From Candidatus Bathyarchaeota archaeon (GTDB taxonomy: Archaea; Thermoproteota; Bathyarchaeia; Bathyarchaeales; Bathycorpusculaceae), in NCBI GenBank assembly GCA_963780185.1, contig CAWABA010000006.1, positions 448,001-512,000 of the forward strand: DNA of 64,000 nucleotides. The letters are read 5' to 3'. Shown here in pieces: positions 8,625-20,093 of this stretch (position 1 is its first letter; every line of letters starts with the position of its first letter). Under the pieces are notes generated by a model. That model searched no databases. It was not told the DNA's origin and was given only the letters and a program-made list of their open reading frames with translations. Position numbers and translations under genes: made by a program.

Positions 8625-9386
8625 CTATAGTTTTGCTGAATTTAGGATCTTGATTTTGGGTTTTCGTGTTAGCACTGCTCCCGCCACGACAGCTACGGAT
8701 GACAGTAACACAACGACTCCAATTGTCAAGGTCTCTGGGAGAACTACGCCGACGCCTAATGATGCCGTTGCAGTGCCTCCATTCGAAGTTACCACTGTCA
8801 CAGTGTACACGCCGTTTGCCACCGCGGGAACAGTTATTGAAGCCGTGAAGCCGCCTGTTGAATTTGTCGTTACCCCACTTGTAGGTGTCACTTTATACTG
8901 ATAATAAGTGTAGCTGCAGGTTGCCGTCAAAGCATAGCTTGATAAATCCATTGTTGAAGAGCGACCAAATACGCCTGTTGCATAATTAACAGTGCCCCCA
9001 GCACTGTAGCTACTTGAGGTTGCCAATGTTCCATCGCCATTATCGGTCCAATCGGATCCTGTACCAGCAGTATCCCAGTGCATGCTGAAAGAACCTGGTA
9101 CGATCGGATAATGAGCCAGTGTAGCCGTATATGGACCCGTACCAGTTCCTGAAAAGGTGGTGTAATTGTCGTTACTTGCCGCTATTGTTGTTCCTAAGCC
9201 AATACCAACGTTCATTGCTGCTCCAAATCCCGTGCCTGAAACCGTAACAGTACTGCCTGCAGTGACGTTAGCGTTCGGTGTTAAGGTTATCGCTCCAGCG
9301 GCTTTAGCTGGAGGAATCAATACAGAGAAAGACAGCATAGACATTGCTATGATGAAAATAACGTAAGTTTTTACGAGTTTCTTCAT
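8625..9386 (-). CDS. Secreted Thr/Gly/Ser-rich surface protein with C-terminal PE-TM-basic anchor
   Basis: Signal peptide, Ig-like beta segments, C-terminus VLPETL + TM + RKPK. Confidence 0.8.
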   Translation of the reverse strand: MKKLVKTYVIFIIAMSMLSFSVLIPPAKAAGAITLTPNANVTAGSTVTVSGTGFGAAMNVGIGLGTTIAASNDNYTTFSGTGTGPYTATLAHYPIVPGSFSMHWDTAGTGSDWTDNGDGTLATSSSYSAGGTVNYATGVFGRSSTMDLSSYALTATCSYTYYQYKVTPTSGVTTNSTGGFTASITVPAVANGVYTVTVVTSNGGTATASLGVGVVLPETLTIGVVVLLSSVAVVAGAVLTRKPKIKILNSAKL

Positions 9387-9676
9387 TTTTTTCCCGTCTT
9401 CCTTATTGATGCGTTTTGCATATAAGATTTGCGTCTATTGAGCAAAAGCAGGGCGTTTTTCGCGTGAAAATATAGAGCAGACCCACCAAAAACTATGGTT
9501 CTGTTTACCCCGAAAACACTCTGTTTAAAGGCATAATAACAGATTAGGGCGCCGAATGGAGGAATACGGGGAACCCTAAAGGGTGGGGTATCCGCTACGA
9601 TGACTGAGGCGCTTAACCGTTATCATCTGGAACATGCGAAACGGAGCGAGCGCGCAAGCGACGTTGTTTAAACGTA

Positions 9677-9829
9677 TTATCGTTTTATTCTTCCTGCGCC
9701 ATCGCATTTTGAACATTTTTTTCTATTGTCCCCTGTCCCTATCGTACCTTGGCCGTGGCATTCAGGGCACGTTATTAACCAATCTTCATCGCGCTCATAA
9801 CTTCGAGATATAAAATTTCTCTCCCTCAA
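9677..9829 (-). CDS. Microprotein with DnaJ-type zinc finger (50 aa)
   Basis: Not in track. TTG start; ...ITCPECHGQGTIGTGDNRKKCSKCDGAGRIKR; two in-frame CxxCxGxG repeats. Confidence 0.75.
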   Translation of the reverse strand: MRERNFISRSYERDEDWLITCPECHGQGTIGTGDNRKKCSKCDGAGRIKR

Positions 9830-9935
9830 ATCTCTGCGCTAATATTTACCCGTTTGTTCTTTCAAGTATTTAGATTTTAACCCGTTCACGCTTGCCATGC
9901 AAAAAGTGTTTTTTACATAAATGTCCATTTGCTTT

Positions 9936-12056
9936 TTAGTTCTTGTTTGGGGGAAAACGTATTATGAATGTTGTCCCTTTGCCCTCTTGGCTCTCGAAGG
10001 TTACGGTGCCTCCCAATGATTCAGTCATACGTTTGATTACTACTAAGCCGAAGCCTTGACCTTTCGCTTTAGTTGTAAACATTGGTGAAAACAACTTACC
10101 TCTAATGGCTTCAGGAATGCCAACGCCAGTGTCCTTGACAGATATTATGACGTCGTTTGAATCTTTGAAAACACACAGAGTTAGTTCTCCGCCCTTGGGC
10201 ATAGCTTGAACGCCATTATTGACCAAATTATACAAAATGCGATTTATGTAAGTGGTGTCAGTAACAACTTTCCTTGCATCCTTTTCCACGATAACACTTA
10301 CTTTAACGTTCTCGGGCACAATGTTCTTTTTCAATAAATCGTCAATTATTAGCTTAATGTCTGATTCTTCTACATTTGGTCTAAGTGGTCTGGCAAAATC
10401 TTGAAGATCCGCCACAATTTTATTGATGTAATCAATATTCTTTTCAATCTCTTTCAAACTCTCTAACACAAGCTTTTTTTCATCACTCTCATCCATCGAA
10501 GCTAATTCTGTTTTAGCCAAATAAACATCGCTAATAATAGACTGCAACGGGTTACGAATGTCATGACCAACCATCCCAGCAGTAGCACCAATAGCCGCTA
10601 AACGTTCAGAATCTTTTAGTTTCTTCGCCGCTTCCACAGCTTCCGCTTCAGCTTTCTTACGCTCTGATATATCTCTGGCAGCTGCAAAAACTCCTTGTAT
10701 TTCACCTTTGTCATTATTGTAAACAGTAGCATTGTACAAAACTTCAGTAATTCCGCCATTCCTATGTTTAATCGCTAATGGATAATCTTTCACTAATCCC
10801 TCAATGAAAACCCGTTTATAACCAATCTTGGCTTTTTCAGGTTCAACAAAATAGTCTGAGAAGTCACTGCCAATTAACTCGTCTCTTGAACGCCCCGTAG
10901 CTATCTCGGTGGCTTTGTTCACGTCTGTGATTTTGCCATCAGCACTGATAGTGACCAAAGGGTCCAGACTCGCTTCAATTAAGTTTCGGGCATAGAGAGC
11001 ACTGAGCTCAAGTTTCTTTGTTCGTTCCGCAACAAGCTTCTCCAAATCTCCAGAGTGAGCCTTCAGGACTCTTTTGTTTTCCTCAAGAAGTTCCAGCATT
11101 GTGCTGTTGACCAGTGCAACTGATGCTAATTCTCCAAATGCCAGTGACATTTCAGCATCACGTTTGGTGAATCCACCTATTTTATTAGCCAACCCGATAA
11201 CTCCAACTGTTCTCTGATTGATAGTTAATGGGGCAAATAGCACGTTCTTGAGTTGAACATGACCTTTGGGCGAGAACTCTTGCCATTTGCTGTGTAGAAA
11301 ATCGTTTTCCATAGCAACTTCCCCAGAGTCATATGCAATTGAGCGGAGTCCCCGAATAGGCATCGGAAGCGAAGGGTCAACAGTGCAAGGAAGCCCTCCA
11401 GAATCCAGAAACAAAACTTGGTTTTCTTTTCCATTATCGCTTAAGAGCGCAACATAGCCGGCTGTCGCTCCGATTAATTCTTTGCAGGCGTCAAAAATTG
11501 CTCGTGCCGAAATTTGAAATTCGTTATTCTGAAGAACTGCTTTTGATGCTTTCAATAGGGCTGAAACCTCAGACTCACGCCGCGTGGATGCTTCAAGAAA
11601 TGAAGATAGCTCTTGCTCCATTTTCTTGTTTTTAGTTAATGTCTCTGGCTATTGTTAAAGCACCAATAACCGTTCCATGATGGTCTCTAATTGGTGAAAC
11701 AGTAAGTGATAGGTCGATTTTTGCGCCGTCTTTTCGTATGCGTTGAGTTTGAAGATTCTTAATTTGCTCGCCTGTGCTGATTCTTTTGAGAATTTGGGAG
11801 ATTTCTTCTTTTCTTTCTCTGGAGCTAAGATTTTAATTGATTTACCGAGAACCTCGGCTGCTTTGTATCCATAGATTTTTTCCGCGGAATTGTTCCAACT
11901 TGTAATGGTACCATCTATATTTTTGCCAATAATTGCATCATCGGAATTCAGCATAAGGGCGGCAAGAAACTGGGCTTCTTTTTCAGCGTTATTGCGTTTG
12001 GTAGTCTTTTGTTTACTTTCAACTTTCTCATCGAGATTTCTTTTACTCGTATGCAA
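9936..12056 (-). CDS. PAS-GAF-PAS histidine kinase (two apparent frameshifts near 11805 and 11635)
   Basis: PAS (DAIIGKNIDGTITSWNNSAE, continuing in another frame RKDG..SLTVSPIRD), GAF, PAS, H-box HDIRNPL, HATPase DTGVGI and GQGFGL. Confidence 0.9.
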
Positions 12057-12707
12057 AGAAGCTCCGCAACCCTCAAGAAGTTATCATCTTACTTTCCACG
12101 ACCCAATAAATAAAAGTTTTTTATAGAAAAGAGATTTTGGTATTGGCGCCAATAAAATCATTTGGAATTTGTATTTTCTTGTTTCTAAGATGTTTTTCTT
12201 GGAGTAGATGCTAAGGCGTTTTGCGGCAAGTTTTATAAAAGGTTCGAATTGACTATGACTGATAACCTGATATGAGCAAGCAAGTTAACGTCGCGTTGAT
12301 TTCGGTTCTGTTCTTGCTTTCCTTGATTCCGTTGGTTAGTGCGACCTCGACGACGGTTACTGTCCCAAAACTTGGCACCCAAAGTAGAGTGGGCTGCAGC
12401 CATTAACATGCTTATTTCCAAGAAGAACCATGAAACCGTAAACTGTTACCGCTGCTGGACGGAGAACAAATCAACCGAACCCCAATGTAGCCATTGTGGA
12501 GCAAACTTGTAACGAGTGCCAGTATCAGGCTACAGCGCAGAAGACTGAGATCCCGCCTTATCCTCAAACAATATTCATATCTTACCGGGATGCGGGTTCT
12601 ATAGCGTGGATGATGTCGCCAACCCAGCCTTAGGGCTTAGTAATTTCCTATGTTTTCTAAACAGTACTTATCTCATCAATCTAGTAATAAGGTTTTGGAT
12701 AATACTT

Positions 12708-13688
12708 CTATTTAGTGCTCTCTTGAAGTATATGTAAGACTTTACGAACTAAGTCATCCTCATTACTGAATTCCTCTTGATTTCCTTCACTTAAATCGAT
12801 AACTTCTCCATAACTTGTTTTTAAAACAACATGAGGGTTCAAGGTGTTATGTCTTAAATATATGAACTTCATATTCGGAACAGCTCTAGCTAACGTCAAT
12901 TCTTTAGGTACTTCCTGTGAGGTTTCCATTTTAATCGTAATTAAAAGAACAAAACGTTTGCTATTCTTAATCGCCTCATCGCGTACTTTAGACCATTTTT
13001 GGTTGCCCTCAAACTCCTTGGGAATGTCGGTCAAATCAAGGAATGTTGAATAGCCTTCTTGAGTCAGGCATTTCTTTAGATTCAAAGCAAGGTCTTTTGC
13101 TGTGTTTCGTTTATAAGAAATAAAAATATCGTAATTTTTTGGACTTATGGTAATTTCTGTTTCCTTATTTAGCCAAGCTTTGTATTTGTTGATGTCTAGC
13201 GCTATTGCCAATGCACAAACCGCTAAACCGATTTCTTTTTGATATTTATAGTACTGCAATGTTGCAACGTCAGTATTAGGGGGGATTAAAAGCGTTTTTA
13301 TTTCAAAGCTTTTCGCACCGATTGACGTTTCTATGGTTTCTCGAAGGAAAAACTTGCTTTCTTTATCACCTATTCGTTGAGTTATCCCAAAATTCGCTGA
13401 AAGTTGTTGTAATAACATCAATGGTTCTTTGCCAACAGTCTCGACAAAGTCTGAACGTATCCGTAGGCATATTCCTATTTCAAATATTTTTTCGTTCGTT
13501 AACTGACCGAGGATAAGCAGGTATGTATTGGAATTTGGTTCAGGTCGTAGGAAAAAAAGCGCGGTTAAATCTTCAAGTTGAACTTTTTGCCTAATTAATG
13601 AGTCTGTTACTGTTCTTATAACATCTCTCTTAGAAACCGCTGCAATATTTGACCAAGGTTCATCTAAATTCTTGAAGTTTATTCTCAA
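12708..13688 (-). CDS. TIR-domain protein (C-terminal TIR, unknown N-terminal domain)
   Basis: YDIFISYKR...YSTFLD...NSKRFVLLIT...EVPKELTLA; visibly AT-rich. Confidence 0.85.
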   Translation of the reverse strand: MRINFKNLDEPWSNIAAVSKRDVIRTVTDSLIRQKVQLEDLTALFFLRPEPNSNTYLLILGQLTNEKIFEIGICLRIRSDFVETVGKEPLMLLQQLSANFGITQRIGDKESKFFLRETIETSIGAKSFEIKTLLIPPNTDVATLQYYKYQKEIGLAVCALAIALDINKYKAWLNKETEITISPKNYDIFISYKRNTAKDLALNLKKCLTQEGYSTFLDLTDIPKEFEGNQKWSKVRDEAIKNSKRFVLLITIKMETSQEVPKELTLARAVPNMKFIYLRHNTLNPHVVLKTSYGEVIDLSEGNQEEFSNEDDLVRKVLHILQESTK

Positions 13689-13819
13689 TCGGTAACCAAC
13701 CTATTGCTTTTATTTATGTTAGCCTTTTGTATTTTTGATTTTTCCTAAGGAGAGCGTAAACCTCTGTAAAGACAGAGTCCTTAGGTGCGATGAGGGTGCC
13801 CTTCAGGAAAAATTGTTGT

Positions 13820-14017
13820 CTAATCTTCCGCTTTTGGCTTGGCTTTAAAATGTGGGCAGGCTGTTTCTGTGGGCTTTAAGTTGGTGAAGTGAGCTAGTTT
13901 GCAGGTTCCGTTGTCGAAGTTTTGGCATTCTCCATGTTTGTGTTTGTAGAAATCTAGTTTTGGGGCGCTGTTTTGGAGCCGCCGCAAGGTATCTCGAAGT
14001 GGACTCATACTCTGCAC
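13820..14017 (-). CDS. Small Cys-containing protein, possible metal binder
   Basis: HGECQNFDNGTCKL...ACPHF. Confidence 0.55.
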   Translation of the reverse strand: MQSMSPLRDTLRRLQNSAPKLDFYKHKHGECQNFDNGTCKLAHFTNLKPTETACPHFKAKPKAED

Positions 14018-14052
14018 CTTCTAACTGTTAATTATCTGAAGTGTAATTAAAT

Positions 14053-14634
14053 TTAAAGTGAACCCCTTAATTTCTTTACCCAAACATGGGTGATTTCCCC
14101 AAATACATATTTGCGATAATCGTTTGCTTCTTTGTAAGCTTGGTTTATATAGCTTTTAGCTTCTTGTGTGTAAAAATCATTGGGAGTGGGGGTAGTAATT
14201 TCCGTTAATTTGCATTCAATAATTAGTCTGGCTTCTTTGAAAGACATATCTCCGGAAGGAGTTTGAACGCTTGTCAATTCAACTTCTTTCATTTTCTGGC
14301 TATCTCTTCCTGATTTACTTCCCAAAAAAAGTATTTGTTCCATATATTCATCTGGGAAGTAAGACATTGTATATGTTTGCTCTTTTTGAATCATTTCAAG
14401 CGTATAACGGTTTGCTTGAAGAATACACCAAGTGGTAGGTTTCTTGAAAAGCATCCCCAAACCACCCCCACTGGCCGTCATGGAATTATAATGATCTTCC
14501 TTGCCCGCAGTAATAACCGGAAAAACTTTTCCCACCAACATAAATACATTGTCGCACATCTCGTCCGGAGAAATTTGTTTAAATAATTGATCAAAATCCA
14601 TCTCTTTGACATTTACAGGATTTGTTTTTTCCAT
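14053..14634 (-). CDS. Flavin reductase-like (flavoredoxin) protein
   Basis: ITAGKEDHYNSMTASGG, RYTLEMI, LGSKSGRD, EARLIIECK, YVFGEI. Confidence 0.85.
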   Translation of the reverse strand: MEKTNPVNVKEMDFDQLFKQISPDEMCDNVFMLVGKVFPVITAGKEDHYNSMTASGGGLGMLFKKPTTWCILQANRYTLEMIQKEQTYTMSYFPDEYMEQILFLGSKSGRDSQKMKEVELTSVQTPSGDMSFKEARLIIECKLTEITTPTPNDFYTQEAKSYINQAYKEANDYRKYVFGEITHVWVKKLRGSL

Positions 14635-15082
14635 ACTAAACCCCTTATATAAATTAAAATTCTCCCTAAATTAAAAGGCAGTGCTTTTGTGATATGGTGG
14701 ACGCAGAATTCGGGCAAAAGAGTAATCTCACCAAAGCCCTTTTAGTCTGGAACGGTGTTGATTCGATGGGGGATGATGTCGCCGTCCCAGTCTGATTGGG
14801 AAAGATGAAGATTGAAAATTGACAGACCCCAAAGGCGGCTCGCTGGCGACCTGAAAAGCTGAGAACCCAATTTCTCAAAGAGTCAAAGGCACCTCATACC
14901 CGTTTGTGTGCTCAAAGCTGAAAATAGGAATTACTAGTGATTGAAAAGCCAAAAGGAAGCTGAATAAACGGTTATGAACTAAAATAAACTGTTTGAGTGG
15001 CTATGGTAGCTAAAAGGCTTCAGATACTCTTTTATTTCTTAAGTAACAAGAGCTAACTTGCATTAAAGGTGGAAAACGTTAA

Positions 15083-15340
15083 GTGGCGAGGATGCGGAAG
15101 AGCGCAGTGCAGATTCGGTTTGAAATCTTAGAGTACCTGTTCTTCAACTCTAAGCCGCAGCTTAGGACGGCTATTTGGCGCAAATCCACCAACGTTTCCT
15201 ACGATGATTTTTTGAAACATTTGGCGTTTCTTAAGGAGAAGAATTTGGTGAAGGAGTCGGCGGAGGGGAATTGCAGTTTGACGGAGGAGGGAAGAAACTT
15301 GTATCTTGACCTGCGAAAATCGCTTCCGTCTATCCTGTAG
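15083..15340 (+). CDS. Small winged-helix transcriptional regulator
   Basis: 85 aa; RKSAVQIRFEILE...NVSYDDFLKHLAFLKEKNLV...LTEEGR archaeal wHTH pattern. Confidence 0.8.
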   Translation: MARMRKSAVQIRFEILEYLFFNSKPQLRTAIWRKSTNVSYDDFLKHLAFLKEKNLVKESAEGNCSLTEEGRNLYLDLRKSLPSIL

Positions 15341-15389
15341 GATTCACCTTTGGTGCACTAGGTATAAAAACAAAAATCAGTAAAATAGG

Positions 15390-15767
15390 TTGGAAATGAA
15401 AATGCCTGAAGAAACCCACGACGAAAAACTGTACCCAGTTAAATCTCTGCATGACTTCTTGTTCGAGTTAGACAAGGAATGGACCAAGTTCCGCAACGGA
15501 ACCCTAATCGGGCTTGGCTCATCGGTGGTTCTGTTCCTTACGGTGCTCATCTTGATTTTGCGAACGAGGCATTTTGGTCTCGGGTTGCCTGGGCTGATTC
15601 TGCTGATTATAGCCGCCGTCATCTTGGGGTACAGCATCTACGCCATGTATGCCCAGTACAGGTTCCTCAACAAGTGGGAGCGTCGAATCGGCTTGCTTGT
15701 CCATATGGAAGAGGAAATGATGGCTGAGAAGCTGAACGAACCTAAAGCCGCCGAACCCAAAGCCTAA
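15390..15767 (+). CDS. Hypothetical 2-TM membrane protein
   Basis: Two hydrophobic helices with charged flanks. Confidence 0.7.
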   Translation: MEMKMPEETHDEKLYPVKSLHDFLFELDKEWTKFRNGTLIGLGSSVVLFLTVLILILRTRHFGLGLPGLILLIIAAVILGYSIYAMYAQYRFLNKWERRIGLLVHMEEEMMAEKLNEPKAAEPKA

Positions 15768-15859
15768 ATGTACATTTATGGTGCATACCCGAAGTGCGGC
15801 TCGCTTTTTAAAGACAAAAACAAAGTGTTCACTAACCAAATCGGAGGCAAAAAAACAAA

Positions 15860-16366
15860 ATGATTAAATTAACCAGAAAAAACAAAATCGCAATAGCCGC
15901 AATAGTAGCCATAGCCATCGTGCTGGCGGTAACTGTCCCATATGTTAGCGCCCAAACCATCGCAAACACGGCGGCTTCAAACATAAGGACCCTTAACGCC
16001 AAAGGAGACATCTACCAGAAAATCGACAGCGACACCATAAAGTACTATCAGGCAAACCTAACGCTGACCGTTCAGCCAACATCAGCAACAGGCGCCGTCA
16101 AAAAATTTGACGCATCAGGCGGAACTTTGGTGACGGCAAACGGCGCGTCATACAGCTTCACAAGTGGAAACGGCGGAGTCCTAACAGGCAGACACGCGGT
16201 TCTGCTGCAGGCGCAAGGCACCGACGCAAACGGGCAGCCCGTGACGCTCAAGTTTGCGGGGCAATACTCGTACTCGTGGATTGCAGGCAAAGTGGCTTTG
16301 AAAATCGGCGCGAAACTGCAAACAGCCGACGCCAACTACACGCTTCTGATGCTGGCACCGATCTAA
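15860..16366 (+). CDS. Secreted hypothetical beta-rich protein
   Basis: Basic-hydrophobic signal peptide ending VSA-Q; followed by T-tracts. Confidence 0.75.
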   Translation: MIKLTRKNKIAIAAIVAIAIVLAVTVPYVSAQTIANTAASNIRTLNAKGDIYQKIDSDTIKYYQANLTLTVQPTSATGAVKKFDASGGTLVTANGASYSFTSGNGGVLTGRHAVLLQAQGTDANGQPVTLKFAGQYSYSWIAGKVALKIGAKLQTADANYTLLMLAPI

Positions 16367-16539
16367 GCCGACATTCCAGAGCGTTCCTTCCTTTTTTGAA
16401 CCCCGCTTTTTTTTAATTAACAAACTTGACGCTTGACTAGACGCCCGATTCACAGCACTTATATAACTTAACGTTTAAAATACTAAGTTAGGGATCGCCT
16501 AAGCCCCTTCTAATTGTAGATCAGAGGACATTTGACGCC

Positions 16540-18730
16540 ATGACCGAAAATACAACTGAAAAAGACCCGCTAAAGCTGCCTCTACGAATCGGCAGAATCT
16601 TTGAGCTTGCTAACAACCTTTGGTGGAGTTGGCATGAGGAGGGGCGGCAGGTTTTCCGTTCTCTTGACTATGCGCTTTGGAGAACCAGCGGACACAACCC
16701 CGTGAAGCAGCTGCGCAGCATGACCAGCGAAACGTTGGAGGCGGCAAGCAGGGACCCAGCTTTTCTTGAGCTGTACGACACGGTTATGGTGAAGTTCGAT
16801 GAGGAAATGACTAAAGGCCACGAGTGGTGCGGCGAAGTGAAGATGGATAAGCCGAGGGGGCAAATTGCCTATTTCTCCGCTGAGTACGCGATTCATTATT
16901 CTTTGCCTATTTACGCGGGGGGCTTAGGGGTGTTGGCAGGCGACATATGCAAGGAGTCTTCTGACCGTGGTTTGCCGCTGGTTGCCGTCGGATACATGTA
17001 TCCGCAAGGCTACTTCCGCCAACGCATGTCTCCCCAAGGCGACCAACAGGAAGAGTACAGCCAACTAAACTTCGAAGAAGCACCAATTACCCCCTGCGCT
17101 TGGCCAGACAGATGCGGTCCACTTATTCCAGTTCAACTTGCCGACCGCCTCGTATACCTTAAGGTTTGGCAGGTGCATGTTGGCCGAGTGAACCTGTACT
17201 TGATGGATACGAACGTGGAGGAAAACAACCCTGAGGACAGAATGCTTTCGGCGCGTCTGTACACTTCTGACCAAGAGGAACGTTTGCGGCAACTAATCGT
17301 TTTAGGCGTCGGCGGAGTCCGCACCCTCAGGGAACTTCATGTTGAACCCGTTGTATGGCACGCTAACGAAGACCACACCGCCTTCATGATGCTTGAGCGA
17401 CTCCGACTAGAACGAGCCAAAGGCGCCTCCATAGAGGACGCCATTGAGAAAGTGCGAAAAAGCACGGTTTTCACCACTCACACGCCCGTCGCCGCTGGAC
17501 ACCACGTCTTTTCTTTCCAGCTGATGGACAAATACGCCCGCAGCCTTTGGGAACCCCTCGGAATCAACCGAGACATTTTCCTAAGGCTGGGACACTCCGA
17601 CATGTCAGGCGCAGAAAACTTCAACCTTACCGCTTTCGCGTTCCGTTTAGCGGGCCAAGCCAACGCGGTTTCCAAGCTGCATGGCAAAGTAACCCGGCGC
17701 ATGTGGCAGGAGCTTTGGCCTGACAAAAAAGAAGATGACATCCCAATCAAAGCCGTAACCAACGGGGTGCATCTTCCCACGTGGCAATCACCAGAAATCG
17801 CTGAGCTATGCCAAAAATACATTGATTTTCAGTGGCTTCAAGACCAAGACAACAAGGAGTACTGGACTTGCCTCAACGACGTGCCTGACGAGGAATTGTG
17901 GCAGAGCCGCCAGAACCTTAAGAGGCGTCTTATAACGGCGATTCAGGACAGGGCGCAGCAACGTTGGACACAAGGACCAAGTGACGACGCAGCAGGTAAT
18001 CGCCATGGGTTCCCTGCTTGACCCCTACGCCTTAACCATTGCGTTTGTGCGCCGATTCACCCAGTACAAGCGACCCTACCTGATTCTGTCAAATGCAGAG
18101 CGGCTTAAACGCATAATAACTAATCCAGAGATGCCTGTGCAGCTGATTTTTGCAGGAAAATCTCACCCGGCTGATTTCCAATCAAAACAGCTTCTTAAAC
18201 AGGTGTACAGTGCGGCGTTGGACAGGGGATTTCAGGGGCGAATCGCTTTCGTGGAAGACTACGACCTTAACGTTGCCCGTGAATTGGTCCGCGGCGTTGA
18301 CATTTGGCTTAACAACCCGAGAAGGCTGCAGGAAGCATGCGGAACCAGCGGGATGAAGGCTTCGATGAACGGGGTTCTTAACTTCAGCGTTCGCGATGGC
18401 TGGTGGGATGAAGCCTACAACGGCAAGAACGGGTGGGCAATAGGCGACGTTCAGCCCGATATGCCTGAGGAAGAGGACAGAAAAGACGCTGAATCGCTCT
18501 ATAACCAACTGGAAAACGAGATTGTGCCGCTTTACTATGAACGCGACCGCAAAGGTATCCCGCGTAGATGGATGCAGATGGTTAAAGAAGCCATCAGAAC
18601 CGTGACGCCTGCCTTCAACGCCTGCCGAATGATGGAAGAATATAATTCGCAGATGTACTTGCCTGCCGCCGGACAGCAAGCAACAAACATCAATCCGGCT
18701 GAGGTGGCCAATGTTGGAGAAACAAAATAA
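16540..18730 (+). CDS. glgP: Alpha-glucan phosphorylase (frameshift near 17977)
   Basis: YFSAEY, YAGGLGVLAGD, FTTHTP, TNGVH, RRFTQYKR, EACGTSGMKA (PLP Lys), DGWWDE across two overlapping ORFs. Confidence 0.95.
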
Positions 18731-19906
18731 TTTAGCCCAATTGTACTTTGACTTTGCCGACGCGTTGATGGTTGCAATCAGCAAAGACGAGTTAATCACC
18801 GACATAAACGGCAAAGCATCTGAAATCCTGGGTTACTCCAGAGAGAAAGTTAAGGGCAAAAACTGGTTCGACACGTTTGTTCCCCAAGAGGAGAGGGAAG
18901 CGGCTAGACGCGTTTTCCACGACATGCTGAAAGGCTCCCTGCGCCACGTTCACAGCAAACACCCAATTGTCACCCGCGGCGGAAAGCAGCGGACGTTTGA
19001 TTTTCACAACGTTCTTGTCAGCGACAAAGAAGGCAACACGGTTGGGGTGCTCGCGTCAGGAAGCGACGTGGGCGAAGGCTCAGTTACCAAAGAGGTTGAG
19101 AATCGACTTCAAGCCGCCTTGGACTTCATGATTGAAGGATGCCAAATCATCGATTTCGACTGGCGCTACCTGTACGTCAACGAGGCAGCGGCTCGGCAGG
19201 GACGAAAGAAAAAGAAGGAGCTGCTCGGTTACACGATGATGCAGGTTTACCCCAGACATCGACAGAACACAAATGTTTAGCAATCTCAGGGGCTGCATGG
19301 CAAACCGTGTTCCCCTCCAGATGGACAACGAGTTCACTTTCGCAGATGGCTCCAAAGCATGGTTTGAGCTTCACATGGAACCCGTACCCGAAGGAATCCT
19401 GATTTTATCCATAGACATCACCAAAAACAAGTTGATTGAGGCGGAACTTAACGCTTACAGAAGCAGGCTTGAGCAGGTGGTGGCGCAGCGGACATCGGAG
19501 TGCGCGCAGACAAACGAAGAGTTGACAAGAAAAACTCAGGAAGCGCGGAAAACAGAGGAAGCCTTGAAGTTGAGCGTAACAATTCTGGACAACGCCAAAG
19601 AAACGATTCTTTCTAGCCAGCACAAAAGGCGACTTCGTCTACGCTAACAACGCAGCCCTTGAAGCATATGGGTACAGCCTCGATGAATTCCTGAACATGA
19701 ACATTCGCGTATTAATGCCGCCTAAAGATGCGTCTTCGCTTGACGGGCTTCTAAGGAATATTATGGAGAAGAAAGAGGCAAGCCTCGAAATGGTTCACTT
19801 ACGGAAAGGCGGCAAAGAGATGCGTGTGAAGGTTTACGCGAATTTGGTGAAAACTGTGCATGGGCAATTCATCGTTTTCGTAATCCGAAGACTCTTCCGC
19901 CGATAA
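18711..19906 (+). CDS. Three-PAS-domain protein without output domain (frameshifts near 19250 and 19610)
   Basis: PAS signatures in ORFs 18711, 19273 and 19697 join with single-base shifts; coiled coil LEQVVAQRT; no kinase motifs. Confidence 0.8.
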
Positions 19907-20093
19907 AAAGCAACAAAAGAAAAATGCGCCAAGGTTTTTTGTGCCGCGAAAACTTCACGCGGCGAAAACAAGCCCCAAAGCAGCTGAACGCGGTTAGGAG
20001 GGGTGTTCTTTTCGGAGAACGGTTTGTTCTTTAGGGAGAGTAATATTTCACCGTACCCCTTTAAGCATACATGACAACTGGGATGCGGAGAAA

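Noticed and set aside
12300-12640. Possible decayed trypsin-like protease (GGISV, ATLG, GNKHV fragments on - strand)
   Set aside because: Fragments lie in different frames with many stops; not supportable without a search.
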